Assembly (NCBI GenBank): GCA_027604505.1
Contig: JADIIX010000001.1
Coordinates: 124,001-188,000 of the forward strand
From: Gonapodya sp. JEL0774
Taxonomy: Eukaryota
Reading direction: 5' to 3'
Length of the DNA: 64,000 nt
The translations under genes were made by a program, and so were the position numbers. The notes beneath the pieces are model-generated. The model had not been told where the DNA came from and searched no databases. It saw only the letters and a program-made list of their open reading frames with translations. Of this stretch, positions 1 through 14,000 are shown piece by piece; within the stretch, counting starts at the first letter, position 1, and each line of letters opens with the position of its first letter.

Positions 1-71
1 CTCCCCTCCTCCTCCACGTACCACCGGCGCCACCGCGTACCTTTTGCCCCTCGCCCCATCACAACCACCAG

Positions 72-1227
72 ACCATCGTCGATATGACGGGGAGTCTTGC
101 CGGGGAACGACTCGCGGTGGCGGAGAAGGAGAGGAAACTGAGGGAACTCAAGGCCAGGGCAGACGTGTTGGGGAGGTTTGAACAGGTGAGGGGAATCGGG
201 GAGGCGGGGAGGGAAAGGGGGGCGGATGGTGGAGACTGTGTTGGTCTCGCGTTGTTGAGGTTCCGACAATTCCGCTCAAAACGCATGTGTCACTTTCCTC
301 CTTCCCTCCTTCCCCTCCTCCCACTCGATCTGTTCCGGCTCCTCGCTTCAGGACCTCGACCGACTCCAACCGACGCTGGCCGAGCTGGAGAGCGAGCTCA
401 AGCGGCTCAACGTCGCCCTGCGGGGGCCCACAGAGGCGCGCGAGGCCCTCGAGAGGGCGCAGGGGGAACTGAAGGACTTGGAAGCGAAGGGGATGGTGCG
501 TGGGCGATGAGGGGAAGAGGGGGTGCGGTGCGCGGGAATGGGACGGGACTCGGTCCAGATTTTGCGCGACAGGCCATACCAAACATTGTGTGAGGGGGAA
601 CTGGTGTCTGACCCGTCTTCGTCTCCTCCCACCCCCCACCCACCCCCGCATGATCCCGTCCCCTCCCTCCCGCAGCATCTGGCCCGCCAGGTCCAAGTAT
701 CTCAAGAAAAGCTCACCCGTCTCACGCAACTCGCAGCCCAAAAGCGAAAAGGAGCCGCGGAGCGGGCCCGCCGGTCCAAGGAGGACTTGGAACTGCTGAG
801 GAAGGATCGGAACGGGAGGGAGAAGGCCGCGCAGGAGGAGAAGAGGGAAGGGGATGAGTGGGCGAAAAAGGTGCGTGGGGTGGGGGCGGCCGAGATGGGG
901 CAGGGGGAGGTTGGTCGTGGCCGAACGGAAGGGTGTGGTGGAGATGGTGGGGGGACATGTTATCTGACGCCTGTCTCTGTGTCTCCTACCCCCCTCGTCG
1001 CCATTCTATGCGCGCCATTGTTTTGCCCGTCATGGTGGCCGTTCCTCCTCCACCCGCACACACCATTTGCCCCTGCACGACGAACGCAGATCGAGCACCT
1101 CCGCGAGCAACACGGGACGCTCATGACCGCACTGGACTCGGAATACGCGCGACTCAAGGCGCAGCTGGAGACGTATGCGCGGGAAGTGGTGCAGGCGTGT
1201 GGAGGGCTGGAGGGGGAGTTGAGGTGA
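72..1227 (+). CDS. NUF2: Kinetochore protein Nuf2, 3' exons (5' part lies outside the window)
   Basis: Hand-spliced exons ~72-185, 351-495, 676-870 and 1090-1227 give a continuous coiled coil (TIVDMTGSLAGERLAVAEKERKLRELKAR...HLARQVQVSQEKL...IEHLREQHGTLMTALDSEYARLKAQLETY) that resembles the fungal Nuf2 C-terminus. Confidence 0.7.
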
Positions 1228-1457
1228 GCTGGGGAGGTCGCAGGAGCAGAGGGGAAACAGCGTGGGCGGGGACAGATGAACGAAGACGGGGTTTATGAGA
1301 GGGGTCTTTATTTAGTTTGGGATGGATTTTTACTGTAACAGTGAAGTATTTTGTTTCTTTGGGTTTTTTCTTGGAGGGGGTGGTGGTTATATGGGGGGTC
1401 ATGCAGTGTTCGCGGCTGTTTCTCTTGCACCTTCCCTACCCTCCTTTTAAATCTTTG

Positions 1458-4400
1458 ATGGCGGGGCCGCCTAGAAAAAAGCCCAAGCTCGAAAATCATG
1501 AGGCTTCGTCGCAATCTTCTCCGCGACTGAAGGAGGGCAAGAAACGTGCCGGTGGGAAGACATCGATCAACTCTGCTCACGACGACACCGAGAAGCAGGG
1601 AGCCCACATCCACGGGCCAAGTTCCAGGATTGAGCAAGGATCAAAATCTGTCACAGATGAGCATATGACTGGTCGTGGAATCGGAACGGAGGAGGATTCT
1701 GTGGGGGGAGGTGAAGACCAGCCCGTCGCGGAGATTCCACGCGACGAGAGTTTCTGGCTGGATTCGCTGGACTCGAGGAACGATGAGAAGATCTATAAAG
1801 GTGAGAATCGACTTTTTTGTTTTGCCGACTGTGCGAGTCCAGTCAGGGTCGGCGTAGGGTTACATTCCGTCTGTCACTAGGACTTGTCTCCATGGCGACC
1901 ACGCTCCACGACTTGCTCCGCCGTGTGGAGACTCTTTCGGATCTCTCTACAGACGTGCAATCGAGGACACACCCGAGTGCTACCGATACTTTGGTTCGGG
2001 ACGACGTGGTGGGGGATTTGGACGAGGAGGACGCGCTACGATATTACTTGTACAAGGCGTATGTCGACAATCGACCGACCGCGGATGACCTTACTGTGCT
2101 GATTGGGGAACTTGGAGAAGTACGTCCCCGCCTCTCGAATCACTTTAGCGTCGAGTCGACGTCATTTGTTTCACTCCCACCAGGGCGCCTCGTCAGCCCA
2201 TTATGGCCCACTGTTTCAAACGCTGGCCGCTCTTGTGCATCTCTCCCACACCCTTGGACCACGCCGCATGTCTCTCCACCTTGTTCGTCTGCTCTCTCAG
2301 CGGGTGGTGGACCTTGTGGACTTGCTCGGCCCACGTCCAGACATGGCTTTGGCGAAAGCCGTCTTGGGAGTCATGCGCGAGTTGGTTATTTGTGGTGGTG
2401 TGGTTGGGGGTAGAAGTGTCGTTGGAGCTCTGTCTGCAGAGGTAAGGTTTTGATCCACGAGAAAAGTAGGAGACGGTCTTGAACGATGATCTCAATCACG
2501 ACGTTTTCTACATAGTTGATGCAACGACTGCTTGGGAGATTCACAGGTGGTCACAGCCTCGGTGCCCGGTCCAAACCAAAACCCACCAACGACGACAAGC
2601 CTGACGTTAGTTCTGGTTCGTTGCCGGTGTCCTTGAATCTTAGCGCACCTCACGATCAAGAAACTTTTGTTGCCGCAGGTGGTTTGCGAAAGTCTGCGAT
2701 TGGTCTTCTCCTCTCTTTGGTCAAGTCCCCGGACGCACAGGTGAGAACCTCAATCTTTGGAATGAATGGGGTGATTACCGCTTTGCTGGGAGGGTTATGG
2801 AGGGATAACCTCGAGGTGAGTTGAAAAACAATCTCAAATTACTTACAGTTTACCCGTATCGACCGTAGCGCTTTGTTGCTGGTTCTGCAAGGACGCTAGT
2901 CGGATAGTTCTCTCCCTCGAAAATCACATATCATCGGACACCCGTACATCACAATCCACGTTCGTCGGAGTCTTTGATTCCAATTTACTTTCAGCGGTAT
3001 GGTCAGCCGTCGTCAATATTATTTTCATGTGACAGTGAAGCTGAACTGGACTTGGATTTCCGCAGTTGTACTCCTTCTCCGTTGACTCAAAAACTCCTGA
3101 CCAATTGCGGTTGCCCATTCGTAGTTTACTGATGGCGCTCTCTACACGGCCGGGGCGAGGTGTCTGTTTCCAATCAGACGGTCTGTGCCTCAATGCACAA
3201 GGGAAAGTTTACAATCCAATATTGGCGGGATTTCTGAAAACCCTGAAGCTTGTTGATTTCACACAAGATATGGAAGTAGTTTTTGGTGTACTCGGTGCGG
3301 CACCGGAGCTGGTGGAAGGGTGAGGACCATTCGACACCCCACCTGGTGAATCATATTATTCACTGCTTCCTTTTTTTGTTTAATTGTTCGGTATCAGATT
3401 TTTGTCATCGCCAATTGTTGTCTCAATCAACCTTGACCCGCAGCCTTCTCCCCAATGGCTGTGGTCCATGGCTTTCCTCCTTCGAATTGTCCGACTTCCC
3501 ACACATCTTGGATCACAAGTGCCTGCTCTGTCCAGCATTCTCTCAAACACCTGCCCACCTTTATTCACTCGAAATGTGATGGTGAAGGGGTTGATGCATA
3601 ATGATGCAACAGTACGATACGTCATGGCTGAAGCCGTGCGCACGGTTCTCGACAAGGCGAGCCAGATAATTTCAGAATTACGGACCCGGAAGGCGACTAC
3701 AGAAGTTGAAGAGTTTCAAGCGGTACTCGCACGACTTCTACCAGATTTACAATCGCAGTTCGCTTGTGCCAAGTTGTGTTTCGCCGCGTCCATTGCGCCA
3801 GGCGCTTCCGAGGACTCCAAACATGCACACGCTGCGGGATTGCGATGTTTCGCTGGATACACCAAGGTTTTTGGTGGTGCAGTCGCAGGAAGGCTAAGGG
3901 CAGATATGAGAAAAGTGATCGGCCCATTGAACGCTGAGGGTGGTGGTGATGGGGACGATGCTGTTCGAGAGGCGGCAATGGAGATAATTGAAATCGGAGG
4001 ATGGGTCAAGGTTGATGGTAATGTCGTTCGGTAGAAATGTTTTCGTCGTGTCGTACCTGAAAACGTACCCGATAGGTACCGTGGACTCTTCTGGTCGCTC
4101 ACAATTGCACCCATTTCTCCTTTTACTCTTGCTTTCCGCTCCTGATTCCTCTCTTCGGGCTCGCGCAATTACGGGGGTCACTTCTCTACTCCGCCGCACT
4201 TTTCCCTTCGACGCCTTTCCCGACGAGGCACCATGCTTGGTATCGGCCTTGTTGGCCGCTGGCGATCGTCATGTAACTATGCGGGAGGAGGGAGCTACTT
4301 TCGTGGATGGTTTAATGTCGGACATGACACAACATCCGTATCGAAGCGTGGATATCATGTCAGAAATGCTGGGGAGGCAATGGTCAAATTTGACTGATGC

Positions 4401-7400
4401 ACGACAGGACTGTAAAGGATACACTCCTGAGCCACATTTAAGCCCACTTTTGTGTTTGGCATTGAGAAAGTATGCTCTGTTCACCAACGACCACCCAGCA
4501 TCTCAATCGATCATTGATGCTTTTATGGTGCATCTTCTAGCTAATATTGCAGATCGAACCAGTGCGCCACTCAAGATACTGCGCCATATATTGGAAGCAA
4601 CTCAGGAGCAACGACCTGCCTATGGAAGCGAGAACGGAAGCACTCAAGATGGCGCGGTTCAAAGGGCGCTTAATTATGTCATCGCATTTCACTCATTCTC
4701 CTCTGAGTTAACTTCGGTGAGCAATGACATTGAAATGAGACTGCGAGCGATCGCCAAAAGAGGTGAGTGATATGCACGGACGTCTCAACGATTCCATACA
4801 CAGACGTTCGATCGTCATAGGAAGCACCCAGGAATTCTTGGTGATAATGGACAGCCATCTGGACAAGTTCGCGGTGCTAAAATATTTCCTTAGAATTTCT
4901 GAGGTCGGACGGGAATTGTTTCCATCAGAACTCTTTGAGAAGTCGGACGACTTCGAGTTCTTGCTTTCGACAGTCTTCTTCTGCATGAAGTTGCTCTTGC
5001 TGGGGAACGTTTACCATCTTGCGCCATATCTGCGGTCAGCATTCGTTGAAGGATTCCTTCGGATTATAAGGCTCGTTCAAACTGTCGATACAAACGAGAT
5101 TGGAGATAGCGGTAAACTGCGGCGCTTTCGCAAGCTCGAAAGCTATGTCCTCGAAATTCTAAATGGTGAATTGTTGTCAAGGAAAATCCAGCAACTTTCC
5201 CTCGGTGGGCTCAAAAACGTTTAATTTTATAGTCAATATTCTGAAATTTGCTTTTAAAAGGGTTGGCACAGGTTCTATCTATGGTGCAATCCAGCGAAGT
5301 ATCGCTGAGCGGGAAAAGTAAATGGGCGACTGTCAAGGCAACTCTTTTGAAGACTGCAGAGAGTTCTCTTCAAAGCTACAATCAAACTAGCACACAATTT
5401 CAGCTTGATGAGGTGCTAGAACTATGCCGTATCCTTGCTCCTTCGCTGTCAGACTCTGAAAAGGTTTTGTTACTCACTCGCATCGCAGCCGTGGGACCTT
5501 TGGCACGAAAGTCTCAAGGGCTCCAATCTGCACTCATTTCCTTATGGAATACTGGAGTGCTCACTGAGAAACCCATTTTGCACGCAAGTCTGCAATTGGC
5601 GGCTGAAGGCAACTGCCCCAACTTTTTCTATATGATCTCGCACATTGGACCAAGCTGCCCCTTTCATGATGCTATTGATTATGGCCTACTCTCAATATTG
5701 GCAGACCATTCCGCCTCGGCACCTTTCCTCGGACGCCTGTTACATTATAGCAGAGAGATTCGTCTCAGCTTCTTTCGATGGTTCAAAGAAAACGACCGCA
5801 CGACGCAAAAGTGGGACCTCCAGAGATTGATCGTCATATTGAATGGGTTGCTCGATGGAAACGTTGACACGGACGGTGATTCTGCGTCGTGGAGAGAATC
5901 TCTGACACCTGAGGAACAAGAAGGGATGCAGCTTGTTTCAAGCTTATCGAGTCGATTGGTGTCAGACTTTATCACTGAATGGACCCGTGGTGCTACTCAA
6001 CTGACTCTGCAATCCTGCGCTCGTGCCATTTCAATCATGCATGCTCTCTGCGAGAAGCACGTTCCTGAGTCATTCGTAAACGCCGCGACGAGAGTAGTAG
6101 TTGACCCACACAGTCAAGTGTCCATAGAATGCAAAGTCGGAGGTCTTCCCTCTGCCATTCTTCTTGTGAGGCTTGTTGTGAAGAGGGGGGATGTTAACGC
6201 TACCATGATGGGGAATTTTCTCAAGTCTTCACTGGAGGTGTTAGCCAGAGCATGTGAGATCGGGGATGAACAAGGTGGCCAAGACGCAATTCAGATTTCA
6301 GGACAACTTCGTGAACTCTTAAAAGAAGCCGGCGACGACCCGACATCTCCGAGAAAGCATAAGTTTCTCCATGAGTTCCTCCGAGACTCCTCTGATGGTT
6401 TAAAATCCAGTCTTAGAACTTTGCTTGCCCCTGCAAGGCAGCTTGCCGAAGTAGCTGGATTGCTTGGGGACCTCGCTGAGCTGCACATTCACAGTGGCGA
6501 TGCATGGGTATTGCTCCCGTGGCTTGCTGAGGAAGTGAGGGCTTCTGAGGTATCGAATATCGAAGGTTCCTCCGAAGTGGGAGCACAAGCGATTGCACGG
6601 GTATTGAAGCAGGACATCTCGAAGAGCTCCGCATTATCCACACTGTGCGTTCTCACATCATCGTTGACCGGCAAAACTTCGGAGAGTAGTATATTCATTA
6701 TTGAAGCACTCAAGAAATTGGAATCAGTTGAAGGGTATTCGGTGGCTAGAAGTGTGCTGTTGCGGACGTCTCTAGCTCGTGAAACCGCAGATTTGATCTC
6801 CTTCAAACGCAAGTTAAGGGAGCGGACTCCCACAAGTGCTGTTCTGAGGCAAATCGACTCGTCCAACGTTGGAGATCGAGAAAATGGCTATGTGGAGGAG
6901 TATCTTGTCGGCATATGCAGAGTTGTCCTTCACGAGACACTTTCGGATGACGATCTGCACTATTTTATAGAAGTACAGCTGTTAGGCTTTCTCGTTAGTC
7001 TCCTTTCCTCTGAGGATGAGTCGCTGCGTAATACTGCCTCCGCGTTGCTAAGCAAATGCCTCACGATGATCGTATCATCGAAACTCAAGGAACGCAAGCA
7101 ACTTCTACTCGCGTTGACGACACTGCGTAATTCTATTGTCTCCGAGCAGCGGGTTCCAGGACCTATAACGTACTTCATGTCGGAAACTGTTCGAATTCTG
7201 CTGGAGCCGGACAACACACTTTACCCTCTTGTGAATCGATTTCTTCTTCAGAGACCCATTATTGACTTGACGGTGCGTGTGTTCTCGGATTTGATCCAAA
7301 GACAGACTGCCAGTTTATCCTGCCGTTGTTAGGATATTCCGATGTTTTATGATCTCACCTTCTCTGCAAGTAAGGTGCACAGGCGGTTCATGCTGAAACT

Positions 7401-8127
7401 TCTTGTCCGTGGATTGCAATCAAAGAAGGTGGCACCACAGTAATTTTGTCGATAATTTTCACAGTCCTAACATCTGCTTTAACAGGATTTGGCCCTCTAT
7501 TCTCGCCGACACGCGTTTTCCACATTGATGTCCCTCACGTTCTCGAGTGCCTTGGAACGAGAAGATCGGGTAATCATTGTTCAGGTATGTTGGATCCCAT
7601 TGACGTGTCATTCTGCATACCCTGAGTGCTCTACCTTTGTCCAGGCGCTGAGCAAGGCAGCGAGTCTTGCATCCCAAAGAGGTCTGTTGCAAACCGGTAT
7701 AAAGAGCTGGCTGGGTGCAGACTTTGGGGATGTAGAAGCTCTGAAGCAGTCACTGCTCAATTCAATCTTTACGTAACAGACGCCTCCTGGTGGTTTGTTT
7801 GTAATATTGGGAGTCTTATGCAATGTATTTACTTTGGTTGATGTTGTTGGTTGTTTGGTGCCGGTGACAATCTCAACACTCACGTTACTGATGGAGTGCC
7901 TTAAAGCCCTCACTGAGCTTCAGCAGATGGGAGAGACGCTCAATGCTCCTTTCCTTCGGCATTTTTTTCGAAACTTCGACCCTCAATCGTCCAAACCGTT
8001 GAGAATTACCATGTCCCACTTCAGCGTGCGACACTTTGATTCCGCCGATTACCGCTCTGCATACCACCAACTATGCGACTGGTTCTATGGATGGAATGTC
8101 ACGGACGCGACGGAGATCGTTCCGTGA
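1458..8127 (+). CDS. URB1: Nucleolar pre-ribosomal-associated protein Urb1/Npa1 (multi-exon; exact 3' end uncertain)
   Basis: NLS-like start MAGPPRKKPK, long helical-repeat exons, and a C-terminal NopRA1-type motif LYPLVNRFLLQRPIIDLT|DIPMFY...LLVRGLQSKK|DLALYSRRHAF. Confidence 0.8.
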
Positions 8128-8314
8128 GTCTTGGTGATGGAGTTCAGCTCGAAGATGGAACACATGGAAACGTCCAGGTCCTTTGGTTGTTAAGGTCAAG
8201 ATAATCTTGCTTTGACAAATTTCTTCTTTTTTTACATTCCCAACTGCAAGTGATACTGCTGGAACAAAGCTGGGCTCGTCACCAAAACTTCGGCGCATAC
8301 CTCGCGACATAGAC

Positions 8315-10819
8315 ATGTCTCTCGACGTGGAGAAACAAGAATGCGCTCGTATATCTCAAACATTCGAAACCCTTTTTGCGGTTTCGCGCCGTGCTCTCAA
8401 TCGGATGTACATCGACATTGACGAGAAGATGCCTGTATTGGGAATGGGCACTCTTGCCAAAGCAAAAAACCGAAATGGGCAGGATGGCACTGGAGGTGGA
8501 GAAAATGGGAGTGATGAGGGACTTGCCCGCTTTGATGACAAGGAGAAAGTATGGGCAGACGCTGCTGGTATGGTCGCCGTCGCTTCGGCTACATCTGGGC
8601 CAATGCCAGGGTTGCCGGCCACCCTGTCAAATGCTTCTGCGCTATCACCATCTCCAAGTGGAATAGATGAGCTGGCCGATTCTGCCGCACCGCCCGGCTC
8701 TGCTTCAGGGGTAGCCGACAAATCTCACCTGTTCGTTGGAACGTCTCTCAATCGACAAGGAGGCAAAGCGAAATCTCACGGTCGCAAAACACCTGGTACA
8801 AAGCTGAGGGTACCAAATGGGTCCTCGTTGTTGAAACCAAAGTCCTCGTTGCAGATGAAAGCAGGCAGCGAATCTGAAAGCGATAAGCCAGCCAAATCAA
8901 GCGACACAACCTCTTCAGCTTTAGCAAGCTCTCCATCGTCCCCACAGAATAATATTAATTTGCAAATAGCTTCTCCTACCAACTTATCGCCTGAAAATGG
9001 GCCTGAGCTTTTCCTCGAACCACCTTTGCCGTCTCGGCATGGATCCTCTGTTGTCGAAACCGCCTCCACATCTTCTGTTCCGAGTGCAGATTCATCCTTA
9101 TCAAAGCAGGATGCTCATGCAGCAACCTTTATGAGCAGCATCTTATCTCGTGATGACCTGGCGAGCAGCTCGCGGAGTGCCTCTTTCGCTTCTCCACACG
9201 ACGATTCTGACAACGAGTCGCAAGCATCGTCATCAAGCTCTCTTGATGAGAGTGAGCAATTTGTCCGCCGGCGTTTAACGAAAGTCCTGATTGAGATTGA
9301 CGATATGGCTGCAAACGGGCGATCCTCTTCAATGCAAGTGAATGGGGAAACCGAACGTGAAGAAGATGAAGAAGAATCGGACATGAATGAAGAAGAGGCT
9401 GCTGAAGATGATGCTCGCAAACTTTACATGGGGGGCACTTCACCGGCGAACACTATGGCGGCCGTGCTGAGAGCAGTAATGAAGGACGATTCCAACCAAG
9501 CACTTCGAAACCTGCAGTCGGACCTCGAAGTAGTTTACGCAGATTTGGATCGCTCCGTGGACTACACGCTGATTTGTGTGGGCAATATTCTTGTCGTATT
9601 AGCTATTGCTGAACTTCTACGAGATGAAGTAACATTCCGAAATTACGTCAGTCATGCGGTGGAAATCTCTGGTGCATTTGTTAGCAACACTTTGAAAACA
9701 GTCTGGGATTTGCTACGCAAAGAAGTACCTCGCGAATCGTTGACATTGGCAGACCTTAGAGAGCCATTGCTTCTGAGGTCCGTTGTGCGCAGAGTCGCGG
9801 AGCTTAGAACTCCCCCTCCATCTGCAGAGGCACCGTATCCAAAATTGGCAAAAATTCCGATCCGCAAGATCCATCGCAAAGTTCAACTATTACATTCGCT
9901 CCTGGTCAGCGTTGATGTTCAACTTCTACCTCGGTTCGTCCTAGCTCATAAATCGGACTGTAAGGCTGCTGCAGCATCTCGCTATGGAGCGTCCCTTTGG
10001 CTCACTGGCGGTTATGATGGAGTCGTCCGCATTCACGACTTAGCCACCCGTACGACTCTTGCACAATATGTGGGACACAAATCCGTTGTTACCGACGTTC
10101 ACTTCGCAAAGGACGACACGCACGTGGTATCGTGCTCGTTTGACCGAACTGTCAAAATTTGGAATGCTCAGACAGCAGTGTGCGAGAGGACACTTCAGGG
10201 ACACACGGACAGTGTGACATCATGTGATGTCAGCCCAGATGGAAGGTTCGTTGCAACCGGAAGTCTGGATTGCTCAGTGAGATTGTGGGACTATACTACA
10301 GGAGACTGTCTGTGTGTCGTGAAGAAGCACACAAGATGGGTGAAGGTTGTGCGCTTCACGCCCGACGGACGTTACCTGGCTTCTGCGGGTCTCGATCGAC
10401 GAGTGTTCTTTTGGGATGTGAAGTTAATGGCAAACACCAAAGGTACTGTAACTCAGTCACGTGTGATTGAAGCTCACGGGGACTACGTGCTTGATCTGGC
10501 GATGGCCAAACCGTCGTACGTAGCCACTTGCTCAAGGGACATGACAGTCAAGGTTTTCGATTACGTTACCGGCCACGAACTTCACAGCAATTCCATAGCA
10601 CCGAGCTGGGCGTGCAGCGTTTCATTTTCACCGGATGGAGAATTCTACGCCACCGGATCGTTCGACAACAACATCGTAGTGTTTCGGACGAAGACGGGGG
10701 AACGGGTGCGAAGTTTCCGTGTATTCAATCTGGGCGTGAGCGTCGTCCGATTCGCTAAAGGAATGGCATCAGTAGTTTGTGGTACGGGGGAGGGATACTT
10801 GCAGGAGATTCCTCTCTGA
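8315..10819 (+). CDS. WD40-repeat protein (834 aa, single ORF) with a low-complexity N-terminus
   Basis: About 7 GH...WD repeats in the C-terminal ~280 aa (GHKSVVTDV, GHTDSVTSC, VRLWD, VFFWD). Confidence 0.9.
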   Translation: MSLDVEKQECARISQTFETLFAVSRRALNRMYIDIDEKMPVLGMGTLAKAKNRNGQDGTGGGENGSDEGLARFDDKEKVWADAAGMVAVASATSGPMPGLPATLSNASALSPSPSGIDELADSAAPPGSASGVADKSHLFVGTSLNRQGGKAKSHGRKTPGTKLRVPNGSSLLKPKSSLQMKAGSESESDKPAKSSDTTSSALASSPSSPQNNINLQIASPTNLSPENGPELFLEPPLPSRHGSSVVETASTSSVPSADSSLSKQDAHAATFMSSILSRDDLASSSRSASFASPHDDSDNESQASSSSSLDESEQFVRRRLTKVLIEIDDMAANGRSSSMQVNGETEREEDEEESDMNEEEAAEDDARKLYMGGTSPANTMAAVLRAVMKDDSNQALRNLQSDLEVVYADLDRSVDYTLICVGNILVVLAIAELLRDEVTFRNYVSHAVEISGAFVSNTLKTVWDLLRKEVPRESLTLADLREPLLLRSVVRRVAELRTPPPSAEAPYPKLAKIPIRKIHRKVQLLHSLLVSVDVQLLPRFVLAHKSDCKAAAASRYGASLWLTGGYDGVVRIHDLATRTTLAQYVGHKSVVTDVHFAKDDTHVVSCSFDRTVKIWNAQTAVCERTLQGHTDSVTSCDVSPDGRFVATGSLDCSVRLWDYTTGDCLCVVKKHTRWVKVVRFTPDGRYLASAGLDRRVFFWDVKLMANTKGTVTQSRVIEAHGDYVLDLAMAKPSYVATCSRDMTVKVFDYVTGHELHSNSIAPSWACSVSFSPDGEFYATGSFDNNIVVFRTKTGERVRSFRVFNLGVSVVRFAKGMASVVCGTGEGYLQEIPL

Positions 10820-11073
10820 TAGGGCACATTCTGTGTGAAATATTGGTAGAGATGTACACCGAAAAACAGTCCAACTAATCACAGCGTTGCATAGAGCCAA
10901 CAGCCGAACAAAAGTGAAGAAAAACAATCTAAAAATCTGTGCTGAGCGGGTGAGGTCGAGACCTTCCCAAAGTATGTACAATTGGTCAAGGTATTCGATA
11001 GTAAAGATTAACGTCAATCCCAAAAACGTTGGTGCGTTGGGCATCGAAAAAAAAAAAAGAGAATAACGGTGTC

Positions 11074-14000
11074 TCAAACATCATGATGGTGTGATTCTGA
11101 ATCATTGGGACTTGCTTCCAGCTCTTCCCGTCTCTTCCGGTCTTCCAACTTCCTTGAGACAACACCATACCGAGCTTTCAAACTCTGTAGCAATTCTTCA
11201 ATGGCACCACGATCTTCATCAGTCATTGGGTTCATGCCCGATATGTGCCGAGAACGGGCATCATCATCATCTTGGATGAGTACCTCTAGAAGAGAGACCG
11301 CACGTGCATATGTTTCAGAGATTAATTGGAGAGCGTCTCCTCGCATTTCCGCATAAGCTCCTGATCGAGCCTAGGGGATACGTGAGTACATCTCGCCAAA
11401 CCAATGATCACTGAAAACAGAAGGCTTACCATTTCCAAAACTCCTTCATAAATGACGATCTCCACCTTGGTACTTGACAGATCGTCGTCGTCAATTGCTT
11501 GATTTACTCCATTGCCCTGCTTCTCGTTGCCTTGTCGCCCGAGACCCTTCTCAGCTTCCTCCAGAGACAATACAAACCCGTCCCTGACCTGCTTGACCAT
11601 ACCACTCAACCATTGTACATCTTCCTTGTTCATACTGCCAACACCTCCTCCTGGCCCCATAACCCCCCAACTCCTCCTCCGCAATTCATCCCAACCTTTA
11701 CGAGCATAATCGGAGCACCTTTGATAATGTGAAAGAAGCCGAACATAAACTGGCGCGGCCAGTTGCTGCATAGGCGCCACAGCCACCCTGGCTGACATCG
11801 CAGTGTGGAATGCCGAAGAAGTAGGTGACGGATCGAGGGATTGTGGCTGTGAAAGAGGCTGTTCAGAGGACGAAGTACCGTGGGATCCTGGAATCAGAGA
11901 GCTCAAATCAATCTTAGAGTTTCTGACGTCGTCTGCGAAAGCCTGCAATATTTTCGTGCGCCGCAACAAATCAACCAGCTGGTCGAGTGACTCCGGCGGT
12001 GTCAGAGATGGATGTGGGCTTCGCGGCTCTGCAGGCGACATGGGGCTCGTGGGACTCGCCGTATGCGAGCGCATGCCAGCACTAGCACTAACATGTCTCC
12101 GGAGAGAAGCGGATGACGCCATTCCGTCCCTCAGGCTTGGCGACGCGCTAGGATAACCCACAACACTTCGTTCTCGATCCTCCGCTGAAGAGATCCGCGC
12201 TCCTGTGAGTGCTGCCACCTCGTCGGCGAGCCACTCCACTTCAACCGCTCCCTTTGACACTATCACATACTCGTCCGAACTGGAGCTTTTGTCTGAATGC
12301 TGTCTCCCAGACTTCGGTTGACCGCTGCCAGTGCTGTTGCTCCTCCACACAGCCACACTCTGCGGAATCACTTTGAAAACCCCTTCAACAAACGCTAGAG
12401 GACTACGAGCACCAAAGCTGCTGCTGGTGGCACCAGGAGGAGTGGCACTCGGTGTGCTAGGTTGGGTCACACTGGTCCTTCTCGAGGCAGGTATCGCTGA
12501 GGACCGGGATCCTGAATGAGGAGTGAAATATCCAGGTGAGTACGCAGTACCAGGTTGGATGGCCAGTAACGGGGGCGGTGACGCTGAGTGAATAGCCGTC
12601 CCAGCGACGGTCCCGGGTGAACCGGATGCAAAAACACTATGCTCCGCTACCGCAGAAGCAATGGCGACTGGGATGCTCCGCGACCCACTCGAGAATCCGA
12701 CATGGCCTTGATGAGGGTGGAGAGTCGCGGATGACCCAGAACCACCCGATGGTGAGCCTGACTGTCCCAGAGATACTGCCTTAGCCTGTGCCATCAGTTC
12801 CCCAACGTCGGATTGCAGGGTTCCGGGCAAAGTTTCAGGTGGTGTGGGAAGCACCGAAGGCGTGTGCATGCCAACAGCACCAATGGCCACTTCAACGCGA
12901 GAAGCTCCGTAAGCTGGGGAGCGTTCAGGTGTTCCACGGTAACTGCTCGGAGAAGATCCGGCTTCAGAGTAGAATCTGTCTGTGGCATCGGTTCTCGACC
13001 CCGGCATGGGGAGTGGCTGGGGTAATCCGATCGGTGTATCCATCGGCCGACGTTGTGCGTCATGTCCCAAAGAGACTCGCCTCGTTGTCAGTCTCCCACC
13101 CAATGCCGGGTCCCTCTCAGCAGCAATGGCAGCTGCAGTTTCATTTCCATATCCGTCTCGAGCATTTGGCTCCACTTCCCTCTTCTCGCCCACAGTCTTC
13201 TTTCCTTTCCGCTCCTGCCCCGATACCAAAGTTCCCAGCCCTACTCCTTGCGTTGTGAGTGGAGAGAGTCCTACGACCCTCATACCATCACCAGAACTGC
13301 CTCTCCTCATGATACCAGCTCCCGCCCTGTCAGGTGCAGGCGGATGGATTGGGTTCTTGGTCGCAATTGTGGGTGGAGAGACCGGAGACGAGGACAAAGG
13401 GGACTCAGCGGATACCGTTGGACGAGCTGTTCCACTCGGCCCTATTCGCGTCGCTCCATCTCTCAGCGGCCCCTTCCGTTTATCCTGCACTCCCACATCG
13501 TCCTCATCCGAAATGTCACTACCCCCTTCATCGTCCGACTCGTTCGTCTGCAATCCTTCCCCTTCTTCGCCACCACCCGGAACTTCGTCAGGTGCTGTAC
13601 CGAGCACCAAGCCTCCTGCTGAATCGATGCACGCCACAACACATGGATGCGCGAAAAATTCCTCGAAGGTCATCCTGTCCCGTGGATCCCTCCTCAGTAA
13701 CCGTCGAACCAAGTCCTTCATATCTGCAGGCACTGGGGGAGGAACGACAACAGGTGTGGAAGGGAGAAGAGGCTCTCCGGCAGCAGCGGCAGCGGCATGC
13801 TCCCGTGTTTGCTGATCCCTCTGCTGAGCAGCGACCTCATCTGGCCACCGCACACCGCCCTGAGAGTCAATGCGGCGTAGGAGGTCAGCTTGCGATTTAG
13901 CACGGAAAGGAACTCTACCACAAAGCATTTCGTAAAGGACAACTCCGACGGACCAGAGGTCTGCACGGGCGTCGTACTTGTGGTGGCGAAGGATTTCGGG

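Noticed and set aside
12788..13900. Long plus-strand ORFs (e.g. 12982-13815), plus 18987-19853 on the minus strand and similar
   Set aside because: Antisense shadows of Atg1 and other real genes in GC-rich, low-complexity coding sequence.
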